DNA from: Isurus oxyrinchus
Taxonomy: Eukaryota
Length of the DNA: 64,000 nt
Assembly: GCA_026770705.1 (NCBI GenBank)
Contig: JANJGN010000008.1
Location: 137,082,001-137,146,000 of the forward strand
Direction of reading: 5' to 3'
Of the stretch, positions 26,601 to 40,042 are shown one piece after another. Under the pieces are notes generated by a model. It had not been told where the DNA came from. It searched no databases and saw only the letters and a program-made list of their open reading frames with translations. Positions within the stretch are counted from its first letter, which is position 1. Every line of letters starts with the position of its first letter. A program made the translations under genes and the position numbers.

Positions 26601-28180
26601 TGTTCAGAGGCAATTGCCAAAAGCCGCTGTTATCATCTAATTTTGTGTACAGAGTGCTATTTGCTAATTTGTCAATCCACTGATGCCATCAGGTGGATCT
26701 CACGCTCCACTGACTAGTTTAATTGAATCAGGTCCACACTGATTCCAATTGAATCATTAGGCTTTGGTACTCTGGCCGTTCCAGAACATCATTTTCTCAG
26801 TAAGGTTACTGGAGACCGATGACTCCTTATCATAAGTTGTGTTCAATCTCTCTCTTGACTCTGTTTAAGAGTGGGTGAGGAGCCTTCCTCATTGTGAAGA
26901 GACATATAGGCTTAGCATCCACCCTTGGAGTTACATGATGTTGTCTTCAATTCCTAAGTCTGAAATTAGGGATGGAAATTCCTTTCTGAATATATTATTG
27001 GACTGCTCATTAGCAATTTCATTAATGTGACAAACCAGCCTAAACTCCAAGCATGCTTTTCTGCTCAATAATGATGACCCCTGGTTCTGTAAAATGTACA
27101 ATAATTTATTTTTCCTTGTATCTTAATCTTAAGTTTTGGCCTATTGCTTTCAGTGTAGTCCCTCCTGGACCTTGCAACTGGTTGGAGGATGGTTGTAACA
27201 TAATATTTTTAAGCCACTTTACTTCATCAGATAATACTGAAACTCCTGTGCCAGTATCTAGCTTAAATTCAGTGGGGTAACCATCAACTTCTAATTTAAT
27301 TTTCCAGAAGTTATTTTCTGTTTTGTTAACTTCCCCTAGGAAGGTAATTTTTCTTTCCGGTGGCTCTTCCATTTCTTGAATTTGATTTTGCCTTATTATT
27401 TTCTCTTCCTCCCTATAAGCTACTTGTCTTTCAGATCAGCATATAATTTTAACATGTCCTAACTTTCCACAGCTGTGCCACTCTACTCCCCCTGCTGGGA
27501 GCTCTTCCAGCTTGCAGCCAGCAGTTTTCTTGCCACACCGAAAGCATCTCAAGATGGCGGTTGGCTTATTTTTTGTCAATTTTACTCCACTGTGCTTTCT
27601 CTTTTCTGTCTAACATATTGAATCGTTTCACTTGTTTTTTTTCCAAGGGACATCACTTTCCCCATGAACAACAGCTTCCTTCACTCAGTTTGTTGTGCTA
27701 CTTGTACTGCCTTTGTGAGAGTTAAATCATCTCTCGTAAGACATCTAACAGGGTTTCATCTACGGCCCCAACTGCTATATGATCATGTGTTAATTCATCT
27801 CTGAGGACCCCTTGTCACAATTCTTTATAAGCTAGTACAGATCATTTCTGAATGAATCCATGCTTTCACCCAGATTTGGTTTCCTCTTATTAAATTTCAC
27901 TCACTCAGTGATCAATTTTTTTTGAACACTAATGTATGCATTGAATGCCTGGAGGACTTCATTATATGACCTTGAAGCCTCATCAACTCCGTCTCGCTGT
28001 TATGTCATCTGAAATAGCCCTACTGCATAGAGTAGTGTACTGGCCTGATCCTTATGTTTCTTCAAACCTGGAGCTGTGCTGTACCTGAAGACTCTCTTCC
28101 TCCAATTGTCCCAATGTTGAGCCTATTGTGAGCCCTCAGTGCTTCAGAAAGGTTCTGGAAGTAGCAATGTAGAATCCACG
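23650..28180 (-). pseudogene. Gypsy gag-pol pseudogene
   Basis: Protease FKLDTGTGVSV (27106..27372); RT IKFLGH, LQRFLGM; RNase H ANASATGLG..LFQ; integrase [26 protein letters not shown]; many stops and frameshifts. Confidence 0.9.
24308..25035 (-). mobile_element. Non-autonomous PIF/Harbinger deletion derivative inserted in the integrase
   Basis: TIRs gggtggaatcatcc / ggacaattctgccc; exact 3-bp TSD aat; retains Myb/SANT-like N-terminus APRFSDASIECLLDAVEA. Confidence 0.88.
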
Positions 28181-28392
28181 CTTGTCTTAAGTTCTGGATC
28201 TGTTGCTACATCAGTACCTTGCCCTGTGGATTGTGATCTGTACTCATTGCTGCACCCATGATGCGCCATTGTTGGGTGAGTCTTCAATCTGTTTTCTTAT
28301 CTTTTTCCAAGGATTTGTAGGTCTTTCAGGTCTTCAGCTTTCACTTGGAGTTTTTTCAGATCTTTTACGTTTGGTCCACTGCTGCCGTGTTT

Positions 28393-28649
28393 TGTCTTGA
28401 GTAAGGGGTCTAGATAGGGTTTCTTTAAGGTTCATCAGTTACCCCAAGAATGCTACCATAGACACTATTATTCGTAAAAAAAAACATTCTTGTTTAATTG
28501 CAGATCTATATAGATCTTAGCACACGACACCAGGTTGTACCTCTGCTTCCCTTCAGACCTTGATTACTTAATAATGTGACATTGCATCATAGTTACATCA
28601 ATAGTTACATCAGTGTCAGAGTCTCCTGATGTTAGCCCTTTACTCTACA
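28393..28649 (-). repeat. 5' LTR of Gypsy element 1
   Basis: Direct repeat of 23301-23536. Confidence 0.85.
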
Positions 28650-28719
28650 CTGGTATTTCAAGAACCGTCCTGAGTTATTACAGTTTTCCAGTTCTAGCAT
28701 CACCCTTGTGAATCTATGC

Positions 28720-29622
28720 TATATCCTTGTGAAGAGGACATGAGAAGGTTGCAGATGGATATAGATAGGTTGAATGAATGGCCAAAGATTTGGCAAATGG
28801 AGTTTAATGTGGGAAAATGTGAAGTTGTTCACTTTGGCAGGAAGAATAAAAAAGCAGAGTATTACTTAAATGGAGAATGGCTGCTTAATCCTGAGGTGCA
28901 GAGGGATCTAGGGTGTTCTAGTACATGAGTCACAAAAAGTTAGTATGCAGGTACAGTAAGTAATTAAGAAGGCTAATGGAAAACTATCCTTTATTACAAG
29001 AGGGATTGAACGTAAAAACAAGGTTGTTATGCTTCAGTTATGCAGGACATTGGTGAGACCACACCTTGAATACTGTGAGCAGTTTTGGTCTCCTTATTTA
29101 AGGAAGGGTGTAAATGCATTGAAGGCAGTTCAAAGGAGATTTACTAGTTGATACCTGGAATGAGTGGCTTGTCTTATGAGGAAAGGTTGGACTGGGCTTG
29201 TTTCTAATGGAGTTTAGATGAGTGAGGGGTGATTTGATTGAAGTATGTAAGATCCTGAATGGCCTTGACAAGGTGGATGTTAAAAGGATGTTTTCTCTTG
29301 TGGGTGAGTCCAGAACTAGGGGGCACTGTTTTAAAATTAGAGGTTGCTCTCTTAGGACAGAGAAAAGAAGAATTTTTTTTCTCTCAGAGGGTTGTGCAGT
29401 TTTGGAACTCTCTGCCTCAGTAGGTAGTGGAGGCAGGGTCATTAAATATTTTTAAGGCAGGGGTAGATAGATTCTTGTTAGGCAAGGGAATCAAAGGTTA
29501 TCAGAGTTAAATGGGAATGTGGAAATCGAAACGCAAGAATATCAGCCATGATCTTATTGAATGGCGGAGCAGGCTCGAGGGGCCGATTGGTCTATTCCTG
29601 TTCCTATTTTTTATGCTCTTAT
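28720..29622 (+). mobile_element. 5'-truncated CR1 LINE
   Basis: LQMDIDRLNEW..WQMEFNVGKCEVVHFG, RGDLIEV.KIL, and 3' tail. Confidence 0.9.
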
Positions 29623-29819
29623 CTTGTTTGTTGCCCTTTCTATAGTGGGGGGCTCATAAATGCAAACAGTACTTCAATTATGTTTTGTATAAATTTATCA
29701 TTATTCCTTATAGTTGTACTCTAGAGTCCTTTTATAAAGCTAAAATACTGTTGTACTTTTTTCTATGATGTTATCCACCTCTGATTGTACTTTCTGAGCA
29801 CTATATTATTGATGTAACA

Positions 29820-32678
29820 GTGACCTGGCTCTAGGTAGGGCAGGACTGGGCATTAAATATTCCAGGGCACAAGGTGTTTGGGAGAGACAGGAAAGGAAGG
29901 AACAGAGTGGCAATGTTGATTAAAGATGGTATTACAGTACTGGAGAGAGAGAGAATGTTCCAGAGGGGTCAAGGGCAGTATCTCTCTGGCTAGAGGTAAG
30001 GAATGAAAAAGATGATTGGTGTAGTATAGGTCACCAACTAGTGGAAGGGATGTAGAGAAACAAATTTGCAAAGCAATTACAGAGAGGTGCAAGAATAATA
30101 GAGTAATCATAGTGGGGGACTTCAATTATCCAAATACAGACTGGGATAGGAATGGTACGAAGGGACAAGAGGGGCTAGAGTACCTGGAATATATTCAGGA
30201 TAATTTTTTGCAGCAGTGTGTTTCCAGTCCAATGAGAGCATATGCACTTTTGGACCTGGTTCTGGGGAATGAGTTGGCCCAAGTAGATTAAATATCAGTG
30301 GGAGAGCCTCTAGGGGACAGTGATCATTGTATTGTGACTCTTAGCTTAGTCATGGAAAAGGACAGGGCACAATCCAGAGCAGGGATAATTAATTGGGGGA
30401 AAGCCAACTTCGATGGGATGAGAATACATCTGAGTCAGGTGAGTTGGAATCAAATGTTGTCAGAAAGGACAGTGTCTGAATAATGGGCTACCTTCAAAGG
30501 AAAGGTATTGCAGACAATGTAAAAGTATATTCCCTAGAAGGAGAAAGGTAGGACAAATAAATCCGGAGCACCCTGGATGACAAGATGATAGAGGTAAAGA
30601 TGAAAAAGAAGTACAACAGATGTCAGGTAGAAAATACAATGGAGAATCAGGCTGAATATAGAAGGACCAGAGGGGAAGTGAAGAAACTGATAAGAAAAGC
30701 AAGGACGGAGCATGAAAAGAGGCTGGCAGTTAACATAAAAGGGAATCCCAAGGTCTTCTACAAGCATGTAAATAATAAAAGGGTGGTAAAAAAAAACAAA
30801 AGCAGGGCCAATTAGGGATAAAAAAAAAGGGGACTTGCATGTGAAGGCTGGATAAATAGCGAGAAGGTATTGAATGTGCACTTTGCATCTGTCTTTACAA
30901 AGGACGAAGATGCCGCCCAGGCTGAGATGAGAGAGGAGGTAACTGGTTTATTAGATGAATTTATAATTGAGAGGGAGGAGGTGTTAGAACTTTACTCAAA
31001 ATAAGTAAAGCTTCAGGACTGAATGAGATGCATCCAAGGGTACTGAGGCAAGTGAGATTGGAAATTGCAGAGGCACTAGTGATAATCTTCCATTCTTCCT
31101 TAGACACAGGGGAGGTGCCAGAGGACTGGAGAATTCTGAATGTTACACCCTTGTTCAAAAGGGGTGCAAGGATGTAGCTTGCAACTACAGACCAGTCAGT
31201 TTGACCTCAGTGGCATGGAATCTTCTGGAAACTATAAGAGTCATTCGGACTTGAAATGTTAACTGTATTCCTCTCCACAGTTGCTGTCAGACCTGCTGAG
31301 TTTTTCCAGCTATTTTTATTTTTGTTTTTGTTCTGGAAACTATAGTTCAGGATAAAATCAAAAGTCACTTCAACAAGTGCAGGATAAATAAGGAAAGCCA
31401 GCATGGATTCATTAAAGGAAAATCATGTTTAACAAACTTGCTGGAGTTTTTTTGAGGATGTAACAGAGAAGGTTGATAAGGGAAACATTGTTGATGTGTG
31501 TATGGGTTTTCAAAAGGTATTTGATACAGTGCCACACAACAGACTTGTGAGCAAAGTTTTAGCTCATGGAATAACTGTGAAAGTAGGCGCTTGGATAAAA
31601 AATTTGCTGAGTGACAGGAAACAGAGTTTAGGAATAAATGGGGTTTTTCAGACTTGGGGAAGGCTTGTAGTGCAGTTCCCCAGGGGTCAGTGTTGTGACC
31701 CTTGCTCTTCCTGATATATATCAGTGACCTAGACTGTGGTGTGCAGGACATGATTTCAAAATTTGCAGATGATATAAAGATTGGAAATGTCAACTGTGTT
31801 GATGATAGCCTTGAACTTCAAAAGGACAAAGACATCTTGGCGGGTAGGGCAGACAAGTAGCAGATGAAGTTCAATGCAGAGAAGTGTGAGGATATCCATT
31901 TTGGCAGGAAGAATATGTTGAGACAATAGAAAATAAAGGGAGAGACTCTAAAGGGAGTGCAGGAACAGAGGGACCTCAGTGTATACGAACATAGGTCATT
32001 GAAGATGGCAGGACATGCTGAGAGAGCAGTTAACAAAGCATATAGTATTTATTAATAAGGGCATTGAGTACAAGAGTAAAGAGGTCATATTGAACTTGTA
32101 TCAGACACTAGTTATTCTCATTTGGAGTACTGCATCCAGTTCTGGGTGCCATGCTTGAGGGAGGATATGAAGGCATTGGAGAGAGTACAGAGGAGGTTCA
32201 CAAGAATGATTCCAGGGATAAAGAACTGTAGTTATAAGGATAGATTGGAGAGATTGTGGTTCTTTTCCCTGGAGAAAAGAAGGCTGAGAGGAGACTTGAT
32301 AGAGGTATTCAAGTTCCCGAGAGGTATGGACAGGGTAAATAGTGAGAAACTGTTCCCACCCAAGAGAACATCAAGAACTAGAGGGCACAAATTCAAAATA
32401 ATTGGCAAAGAGAGTAAATATGATGTGAGGAAAAATTTCTTCACCAAGAGGATGGCTGGGATCTGGAACAAACTTCCTGAATGGCTAGTGGTGTTGGTGA
32501 TGGAGGCAGCTTTGATCGAGGTATTCAAAAGAGTATTGGATTGCTGCCTGAAAAAAAATAATGTGCAAAGTTACGGGGCTAAAGCAGGGGAGTGAGACTA
32601 GATGGGGTTGTTTACAGAAAACCGGTGCAGACTTGATGGGCTGAATGGCCTCGTTCTGCACTGAAAGATTCTATGATA
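29820..32678 (+). mobile_element. CR1 (HER1-like) LINE, most of ORF2
   Basis: APE VGDFNYP, GDSDHC; RT FDTVPH, KFADD; tail gatgggctgaatggcctcgttctgcactgaaagattctatga. Confidence 0.9.
31237..31330 (+). mobile_element. Short Penelope-type tail insert, truncated within the hammerhead
   Basis: Exact 14-bp TSD ttctggaaactata (31223-31236 / 31331-31344); begins at stem II agagtcattcggacttgaaatgtt. Confidence 0.85.
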
Positions 32679-32694
32679 TATTTGAACACACGAA

Positions 32695-32900
32695 TGTGGG
32701 TCTGGCTTACTGATAGCAGTCTCACTTCTGAGTCACAAAATTATTGTTCAACCACACTCCTGGGAACTGAATCATCATCCAGGGTCACACCTCAGTGCAG
32801 TACTGAGGAAATTCTGCACTCTTAGAGATGCCATCTCTTGGATGAGATGAAAGCAAGGGAGTTGTCCCGACCAACAACACCATCCAAACAGATTGGCCTG
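32695..32900 (+). mobile_element. Deu-domain SINE 5' part
   Basis: tRNA-like head (ctcacttctgagtcaca...gttcaacc) then cagtgcagtactgagg...gatgccatctcttggatgagatg. Confidence 0.6.
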
Positions 32901-32934
32901 GATTTTGTCGTCAGTGGGGAAACTAGGGCTCTTT

Positions 32935-33135
32935 TGTTTATTCATTCATGGGATGTGTGCGTCGCTGGCTAGGCCATCCTTTATTGCCCATCCTTTGATC
33001 TGAGTGGCTTGCTAGGCCATTTCGGAGGGCAATTAAGAGTCAACCACATTGCTGTGGATCTGGGGTCACATGTAGGCCAGACCAGGTAAGGACGGCAGGT
33101 TTTCTTCCCTAAAGGACATTGGTGAACTAGATGAG
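32935..33135 (-). mobile_element. SINE-like short derivative of the jockey/CR1-group LINE
   Basis: LINE 3' tail (cacatcccatgaatgaataa) joined directly to sequence homologous to 19780-19910. Confidence 0.75.
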
Positions 33136-33149
33136 CTATCACTGCTGAC

Positions 33150-34870
33150 TTTGAAGTAAGTCTCATGCGAGATCTAACAATTTCAAACCCTCCTTCCTTC
33201 AGTATCCTTGGATGCATCTCATTCTCTCCTGGTGATTATCAACTTTAAGCCACAAAGGACTATCTAATACCTCAATTTTATCAATTATTAGTGTCTTAAC
33301 TACCTTATCTTTCATTATGACTTGGCAGCATTTTCTTTCTTGATAAAGACAAATGCAAAATACTCAGTTAGGACTTCAGCCATTCCCCTGCCTCCATGCA
33401 TAAATCCCCTTTTATGTCTCTAATTGCCCACTCCTCCTTTTAACACTCTTTTATTATATAAATGTCTCTAGAAGACTTTTGGATTCCCTTTTATGTTAAC
33501 TGGCAAGCCCTTCTCAAACTCTCTCTTTGTACCTCTTGTTTGATTTTTCACTTCCACTTTGAACGTTCTATATTCAGTTTGGATCACAATTGTAACTTGC
33601 AAGGAACTTAAAAGCGGACTTTAAAAACTTCTGTAAGTATGTAAAAAGAAAAAGATTAATGAAGTCAAATGTAGGTCCCTTACAGTCCGAAATGGGAGTA
33701 TGTGTAATAGAGAACAGAGCAATTAAACAACTGCCTAACATCGTTCATTTGCACTCCTTTTCTGTTTCATCTCACTCTATCTCTTTCTCTATCCAGCGAT
33801 TTCTGGATTTCTTTGTCCAACCTTTCCCCTTCATGGGAGCCCACCCTGACTGTACCTGAATGATCTCCTCTTAAAGGCAGCCTATTGTTTCATTAAAGTT
33901 TTGCCTGCCAATCTTTAATTCCAGTTTTCCTGGGCCAGATCTGTTCTCACCCTCTAGAAGCTGGCTCGCCCCAATTAATTATTTTTACTCTGGATTGCTA
34001 CTCAATATTTTCCATAGCCAATGAAATCTTATGATACTGTGATCACTGTTCCCTAAATATTCCTCTACTGACACTGATTCACTTAACTTACCTCACATCC
34101 CAGAACTAGATCCAGTAATGCCTTCTTCCACATTGGACTGGAAACATATTTGTTTCTCTATCTTATCCCATACAATCCCTATACAATCTTACTCTCCCTC
34201 TCTGGTCTTAGATCTAGTCTTATCCCACTCCGCACCATAGTAGTTTAAAAAATTCCCCACTTCTCAATTTAACTTCATCATAAGGACTTGCATGCCACTT
34301 TTGTTTCAGTGATGGCCATCCCTCCAGTGTCAGCCATGTCCCTGTTCAAAAAAGCATAAAAATGCCCCAAGAATGTGAACCTTTTCCTCCTGCACCAGTT
34401 CTGCAGCAATTCTAAACTTCCTGTCCAGTACCCAGGAGTTAATTGAAAGTTAGAACCCATGAGGTTTTGTTTGTCAACCTTGTGGTTAACTCTTTAACTC
34501 ACTCTACAAGACCTCTAACATGATTTTATCTCTATGTCATTGATTCCATCATGAATCATAACTTCTGGTTGTTTTGTTCCTTTCCCTGAAGTTTTTTTTT
34601 TACATGTTTAATGACAATATTTATCCTGTCACCAGGGAAACAACATAGCATTTGTGACTCTTGGACATAACATAGGAAAGGCTGACTATTCACCTGGCTA
34701 TAGAATCTCTCACTACTACCACACCTTTGTTCTTACAGTCTATTTGTCTCCTATTCTTCTAGGTAGTACCTTGCTCAATAGTGTCATTATACAGTACCAT
34801 GACAGCATCCTCTGAGACCTGTAATTGTCCATCTTAATCCAATGGCCAGGAATTTAGTAGTCCTCTGGTT
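33150..34870 (-). mobile_element. CR1 fragment (esterase ORF1 relic + partial ORF2), 3' part missing
   Basis: MHPRILKE, LDLVLG, GNSDH; ORF1 motifs DSIAR, CCFPG, VMIHDGIND. Confidence 0.75.
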
Positions 34871-34879
34871 ACGGGCTGG

Positions 34880-35432
34880 GTACAGACCATAGTCAACAAG
34901 CCCATGCTTGCAAACTCAAAACATAGTGCCCAGCATTAGATGAGATTCTGTGATTGGATAAAATTTGCTAAATAATCCTCGAATTACACTGACAACCAAG
35001 TTAAGATTGTCAGTCGGGCTCACATTATGCTGCATTTCTCTGTACTGGAAGCTACGTGTATTAATACACAGGACCCTATTCTTTGCAGACAGAAAGAGCA
35101 TGTACACACATTGCACCTGCTTCAGCTAAACAAAATAAGTAACAGCCATTTGCTGACTCATTCCTCAGGGCAAGGCCTTGACCAATCAGGGTTAAGCTGC
35201 CTGGTTTAAATTTCAAACAATGCTTGTTAGTTAACTGTCAGTCACCATCATTGGTGAATTCTCCAGGGCAATGCTTCTCCCAATCAGAGTCCACTTGCCA
35301 ACCAATCAGCACTCTCTTCACATATCATATAAATTGTTGTTTTCCCCTTATATTTGTATTCTTGCAAATCACCGTGAAAAGCTTTGACATGTCTCTTTTT
35401 TCAGCATTACTTAAGTTCTGTGTGACCAAACA
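34880..35432 (+). mobile_element. Penelope-like element 3' part (third copy)
   Basis: KIVSRAH..LHFSVLEATCINTQDPILCRQKEHVHTLHL; pLTR colinear with 11120-11652; the CTGATGA hammerhead core is missing. Confidence 0.85.
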
Positions 35433-35485
35433 ACTATCCCTTTATATTTATAAACTAGTTGCAGTAATTCATGATATCTTGGCAC

Positions 35486-35871
35486 CTGCAGGACATTCTG
35501 AAGGGGGAAGGTGAACAGCCAGATGTCGTGGTCCATATTGGTACCAACGACATAGGTAAAAGAGGGATGAGACCCTGAAAGCAGAGTATAGAGAACTAGG
35601 AAATAAATTAAAAAGCACAACCTCAAAGGCAGTAATCTCAGGATTGCTCTCAGTGCCACATGCTAGTGAGATCAGGAATAGGGGAATAGACCAGATTAAT
35701 GTGTGGCTGGATTAATGGTGTAAGAGGGAGGGATTTAGATTCCTGAGGCATTGAGACTGATTCTGGGGAAGATGGGGCCTGTACAAGCTGGACGGGTTGC
35801 ACCCTAGCTGGACCGGGATGAATATCCTCTCAGGGGTATTCGCTAGCACTGTGGGGGAGAGTTTAAATTAG
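35486..35871 (+). pseudogene. CR1 ORF1 SGNH-esterase domain relic
   Basis: PDVVVHIGTND...VISGLL...YKLDGLHPSW motifs, interrupted by stops. Confidence 0.85.
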
Positions 35872-36146
35872 AGTGGCAGGGGGATGGGAACCTGAGCGGG
35901 GAGACACAAGAGAAGGAAACAAAGAAAGGAACGAAAGACAGAAAAGTAGAAATCAAAAGTGGAAGGCAGAGGAATCAAGGGCTAGCAGCAAATAGGGCCA
36001 TAGCACAAAAAAGATGTGTAAAAGTGTTGAAAAAGACAAGTCTAAAGGCACAGTATCTGAATGCATGGAGCATTCACAATAAGGTAGATGAAGTAACAGC
36101 GCAAATAGATGTAAATGGCTACAATATGATTACAATTATGGAGACA

Positions 36147-36360
36147 AAAACAGAAAATGCTGGAAAAACTCAGCAGGTCTAACAGCATCTGTAGAGAGAA
36201 AGACAGAATTAACGTTTCGAGTCCGTATGACCCTTCTTCAGGCTCTTCTTCAGTCATACAGACTGGAAAGGTTAACTCTGCCTGTTAGACCTGCTGAGTT
36301 TTGCCAGCATTTTCTATATCTGTTTCAGATTTCCAGCATCACCAGTATTTTGCTTTTATC
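36147..36360. mobile_element. Head-to-head inverted dimer of the short hammerhead-bearing element
   Basis: Exact 17-bp TSD ttacaattatggagaca (36130-36146 / 36361-36377); the two arms are reverse complements. Confidence 0.88.
36205..36245 (-). ncRNA. Minimal type I hammerhead ribozyme motif
   Basis: CUGAAGA-A-GGGUC auacg GACUC-GAAAC-GUU; intact core, palindromic AACGUU stem III. Confidence 0.7.
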
Positions 36361-39300
36361 TTACAATTATGGAGACATGGCTGTAGGGTGACGAAGGCTG
36401 GGAACTGAATAACCAAGGGTACTCGATATTTAGGAAGGACAGGCAAAAAGGAAAAGGAGGTGGTGTGCATTGTTACTTAAGGATGAGATCAATGCAATAG
36501 TGAGAGAAGGTATTGGCTCAGAAAATCTAGATGTAGTGTCAGTCTGGGTGGGGCTAAGAGGCAACAAAAGGGGGAAACATTAGTGGGAGTTGTCCATAGG
36601 TCTCCAAACAGTATTGATAAAGTAGGCAATGGCATTAAATAGGAAATTAGAGATGCATGTAACAAGGGTTCTACAGTAATCATGGATGACTTTAATCTAG
36701 ATATAGATTGGACCAACCAAATTAGCAATAATACTCTGGCAGATGTATTCCTGGAGTTTACAGAAGGTGGATTTTTAGCACAGTATGTCAAGGAACCAAC
36801 TAGGGATCAGGCTATCCTAGATTTGGTACTGTGCAATGAGAAGGGATCAATTAATAATCTTGTTGGGCAGGGTCCTTTAGGGAACAGTGACCATAACATG
36901 ATAGAATTCTTCATTAGGATGGAAAGTGAAGTAGTCCGATCTAAAACTAGGGTCCTAACTCTGAACAAAGGAAACTACAAAGGTATGAGGGGTGAGTTGG
37001 CTCAGATACTTTGGGGAACTTCATTAAAAGGAATGATGGTGGATAGGGAATAGCTAGTATTTAAGGAATGAATGTATGCATGGCAACTGTTATACATTCC
37101 TTTCTGGCTCAAAAACACAACAGGAAAAGCAGCCCAGCCATGGCTAACAACAGTAATTAAGGATAGTATTAGATCCAAAGAGGAGTCATATAAAGTTGCT
37201 AGAAAAAGTAGCAAGCCTGAGGATTCAGAGCAGTTTAGAATTCAGCAAAGGAGATCCATGAAATTGATTAGGAGAGGAAAAATAGAGTACAAGAGTAAAC
37301 TTACAAGGAGCATTAAAACAAACTGTAAAAGCTTCTACAAGTATGCAAAAAGAAAAATATTAGAGAAGAAATATGTAGGCCTCTTACAGTCCAAAATGGG
37401 AGAATTTATAAGCGAGAACAAGGAAATGGCAGAGTAATTAAACAACTATTTTTAGTTCTGCCTTCACAGAGGAAGACACACATAACTTACAAGAAATGAT
37501 AGGGAACCAAGTGTCTAGTGAGAAGGAGAAATTGAAGGAAATTCGTATTACTAAAACAATAGTGCTGAAGAAATTAATGGGACTGAAAGCTGATAAATTC
37601 CCTGGGCCTGATTATTCTACATCCCAAGGCACTAAAGGAAGGGGCCATGGAAATAGTGAATGCGTTGGCTCTCATCATCCAACATCCTGTAGATTCTGCA
37701 ACAGTTCTGGCAGATTGGAGGGTGGAAAATGTAACCCCACTATTTAAAAAAGGAGGGAGAAAACAACGGATTATAGACCATTTAGCCTAAAATCAGTCGT
37801 AGGGAAAATGCTGAACCTATTATAAAGAATGTGATAACAAGACAATTAGAAAATATCAACAGGATTAGACAAAGTCAGCATGGATTTATGAAAGGGAAAT
37901 CATGTTTGACAAACCGACTGGAGTTCTTTGAGGACGTAACTAGCAGTAAAGATAAGAGAGAACCAGTAGATGTGGTGCGTTTGGATTTTCAGAAACTTTT
38001 GATAAAGTTCCACTTAAGAGGTTAGTGTGTAAAATTAAAGCACATGGGATTAGGATTAATATATTGACATGGACGAGAATTGGTAAACAGACAGGAAACA
38101 GACTATAGGAATAAATGGGACTTTTTCAGAATGGCAGGTGGTGACTAGTTGGGCACCGCAGGAATCAGTGCTTAGGTCCCAGCTATTCACAATATATATC
38201 AATGATTTAGATGAGGGAACCAAATGTAATATTTCCAAGTTTGCTGATGACATGAAACTTGGTGGGAATATGAGTGGTGTTAAGAGGCTCCAAGGCAATT
38301 TAAGCAGGTTGAGTGAGTGGGCAAATACATAGCAGATGCAGTGTAATGTGGAGAAGTGTGAAGTTATCCACCTTGTTAGGAAAAACAGAATGGCAGAGTA
38401 TTATTTATTGGTGACAGATTGGGAAATGTTGATGTACAAAGGGACGTGGGTGTCCTTGTATACCAATCACTGAAAGCAAGCATACAGGTGCAGTAAGCAG
38501 TTAAGAAGGCAAATGGTATGTTGGTCTTCATTGTGAGACAACTTGAGTAGAGGAGCAAGGATGTCTAACTGCAACTGCAGAGGACCTTGGTGAGACCACA
38601 CCTAGAGTATTATGTGCAGTTTTGGTCTCCTTACCTAAGAAAGGATACACTTTCCTTAGAGGGAGTGCAGCAAATGTTCAGCAGACTGATTCCTGTGATG
38701 GCAGGATTATTGCATGAGGTGCGATTGGGTCGACTAGGTCTGTATTTACTGGAGTTTAGAAGAATGAGGGGGAATCTCATTGAAATGTATAAAATTCTGA
38801 CAGGGATGGACAGACTGGATGCAGGGATAATATTTCCTCTGGCTGGGGAGTCTAGAACAAGGGGTCACAGTCTCAGGATACTGGGTAGGCCATTTAGGAC
38901 TGAGATGAGGAGAAACTCCTTCACTCAGAGGGTGGTGACCCTGTGGAATTCTCTACCACAGAAGGCTGTGGAGGCCAAGTCACTGAATGTATTTAAGAAG
39001 TAAATAGATAGATTTCTGGACTATAAAGGTGTAAAAGGGTATCAAGAGAGTGCAGGAGTAGAGCATTGAGATAGAGGAGCAGCCATGATCTTACTGAATG
39101 GCGGAGCAGGCTCAAAGGGCCGAATGATTTGCTCCTGCTCCTATTTTCTATGTTTCTATGTTTCTACTTTTTCTCTGCTGGTCCTGCTGATGGTCAACTG
39201 CTTTTTGGTCTCACTATACCACTGTTCTGAATATTTAGCACTACTGTTCAGATGGCCACATTCTGGAGAGCACAATACAGAAACATCTTTTTTCCTCTGC

Positions 39301-40042
39301 TCCAGACACTTTGCTTTTCAACAGTTCATACCAATCCCCCTTCATGTGCTAAGGATCATTGATGGCCCACACGTTCCACTCCAAGGATACAACAGGGGTT
39401 CCCTGCACTTCCACCTCTCTGTGTCTAACTGCAATTTGTTGCTAACGTTAACCGGAACTCCCACTCATACCAAACACTACTTACTCACCACACAATTATT
39501 AATTATTGACGGAAAGCTCACGTTTACTTACATTACCGTGTCAACTTCCTCTAGTGCTGAACTCCTGCTGAGGCTAAACTCCACACTGTTCTGGCCTCCA
39601 TACATCAGCAGCCTCAGACAGCGCAAGCCTACTGTCGGAAAAAATTCAACCAGCAACCAATATCGCCTGACTCCTAAACTTGAATTTACAGTTTACTTGC
39701 AGTACATAGTCAGTGCTACTGAATTGGATTGCTATTGTAGAGCTTTGTCAGCACTGTGTTTTGCATTGCTACATCTGTTGTAATAAAGCAAGTTCCACTC
39801 TCCATCATCTCAGGACTTTTTTTATTGTCGATGAATGTTCGGCACTATTAGGAACTGAGCTTCCTGAATAAACTAATTAGCATTATGTTCAGCACATGAG
39901 GATAGTTCACATAAGATTTACATCAAATGTTTTTATTCTAATAATGCCTGTAAGGGGTTTAGGATGCTCCAGCCATCATGAGTGTAAGGTAGGCTTGATG
40001 GACCAGCTGTTTTCCACCTGTCCGTCACTTTGTTATGCTTAA

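Larger units (their letters stand above)
23301..28649 (-). mobile_element. Ty3/Gypsy LTR retrotransposon, full-length, decayed
   Basis: Two homologous LTRs with TG...CA ends; PBS-like site adjacent to the 5' LTR (28377-28390); polypurine tract adjacent to the 3' LTR; gag-PR-RT-RH-IN order. Confidence 0.9.
35470..39166 (+). mobile_element. CR1 LINE, ORF1 C-terminal half + complete decayed ORF2
   Basis: ORF2 LYLNA.SI, DFNL, GNSDH, SQHGF, KFADD, RPHLEY; tail (tttctatg)n. Confidence 0.92.

Noticed and set aside
32695-32765. tRNA gene
   Set aside because: Only a decayed tRNA-derived SINE head; no cloverleaf
39085-39783. 232-aa ORF
   Set aside because: Starts inside a CR1 3' UTR; no recognisable domain or splice context
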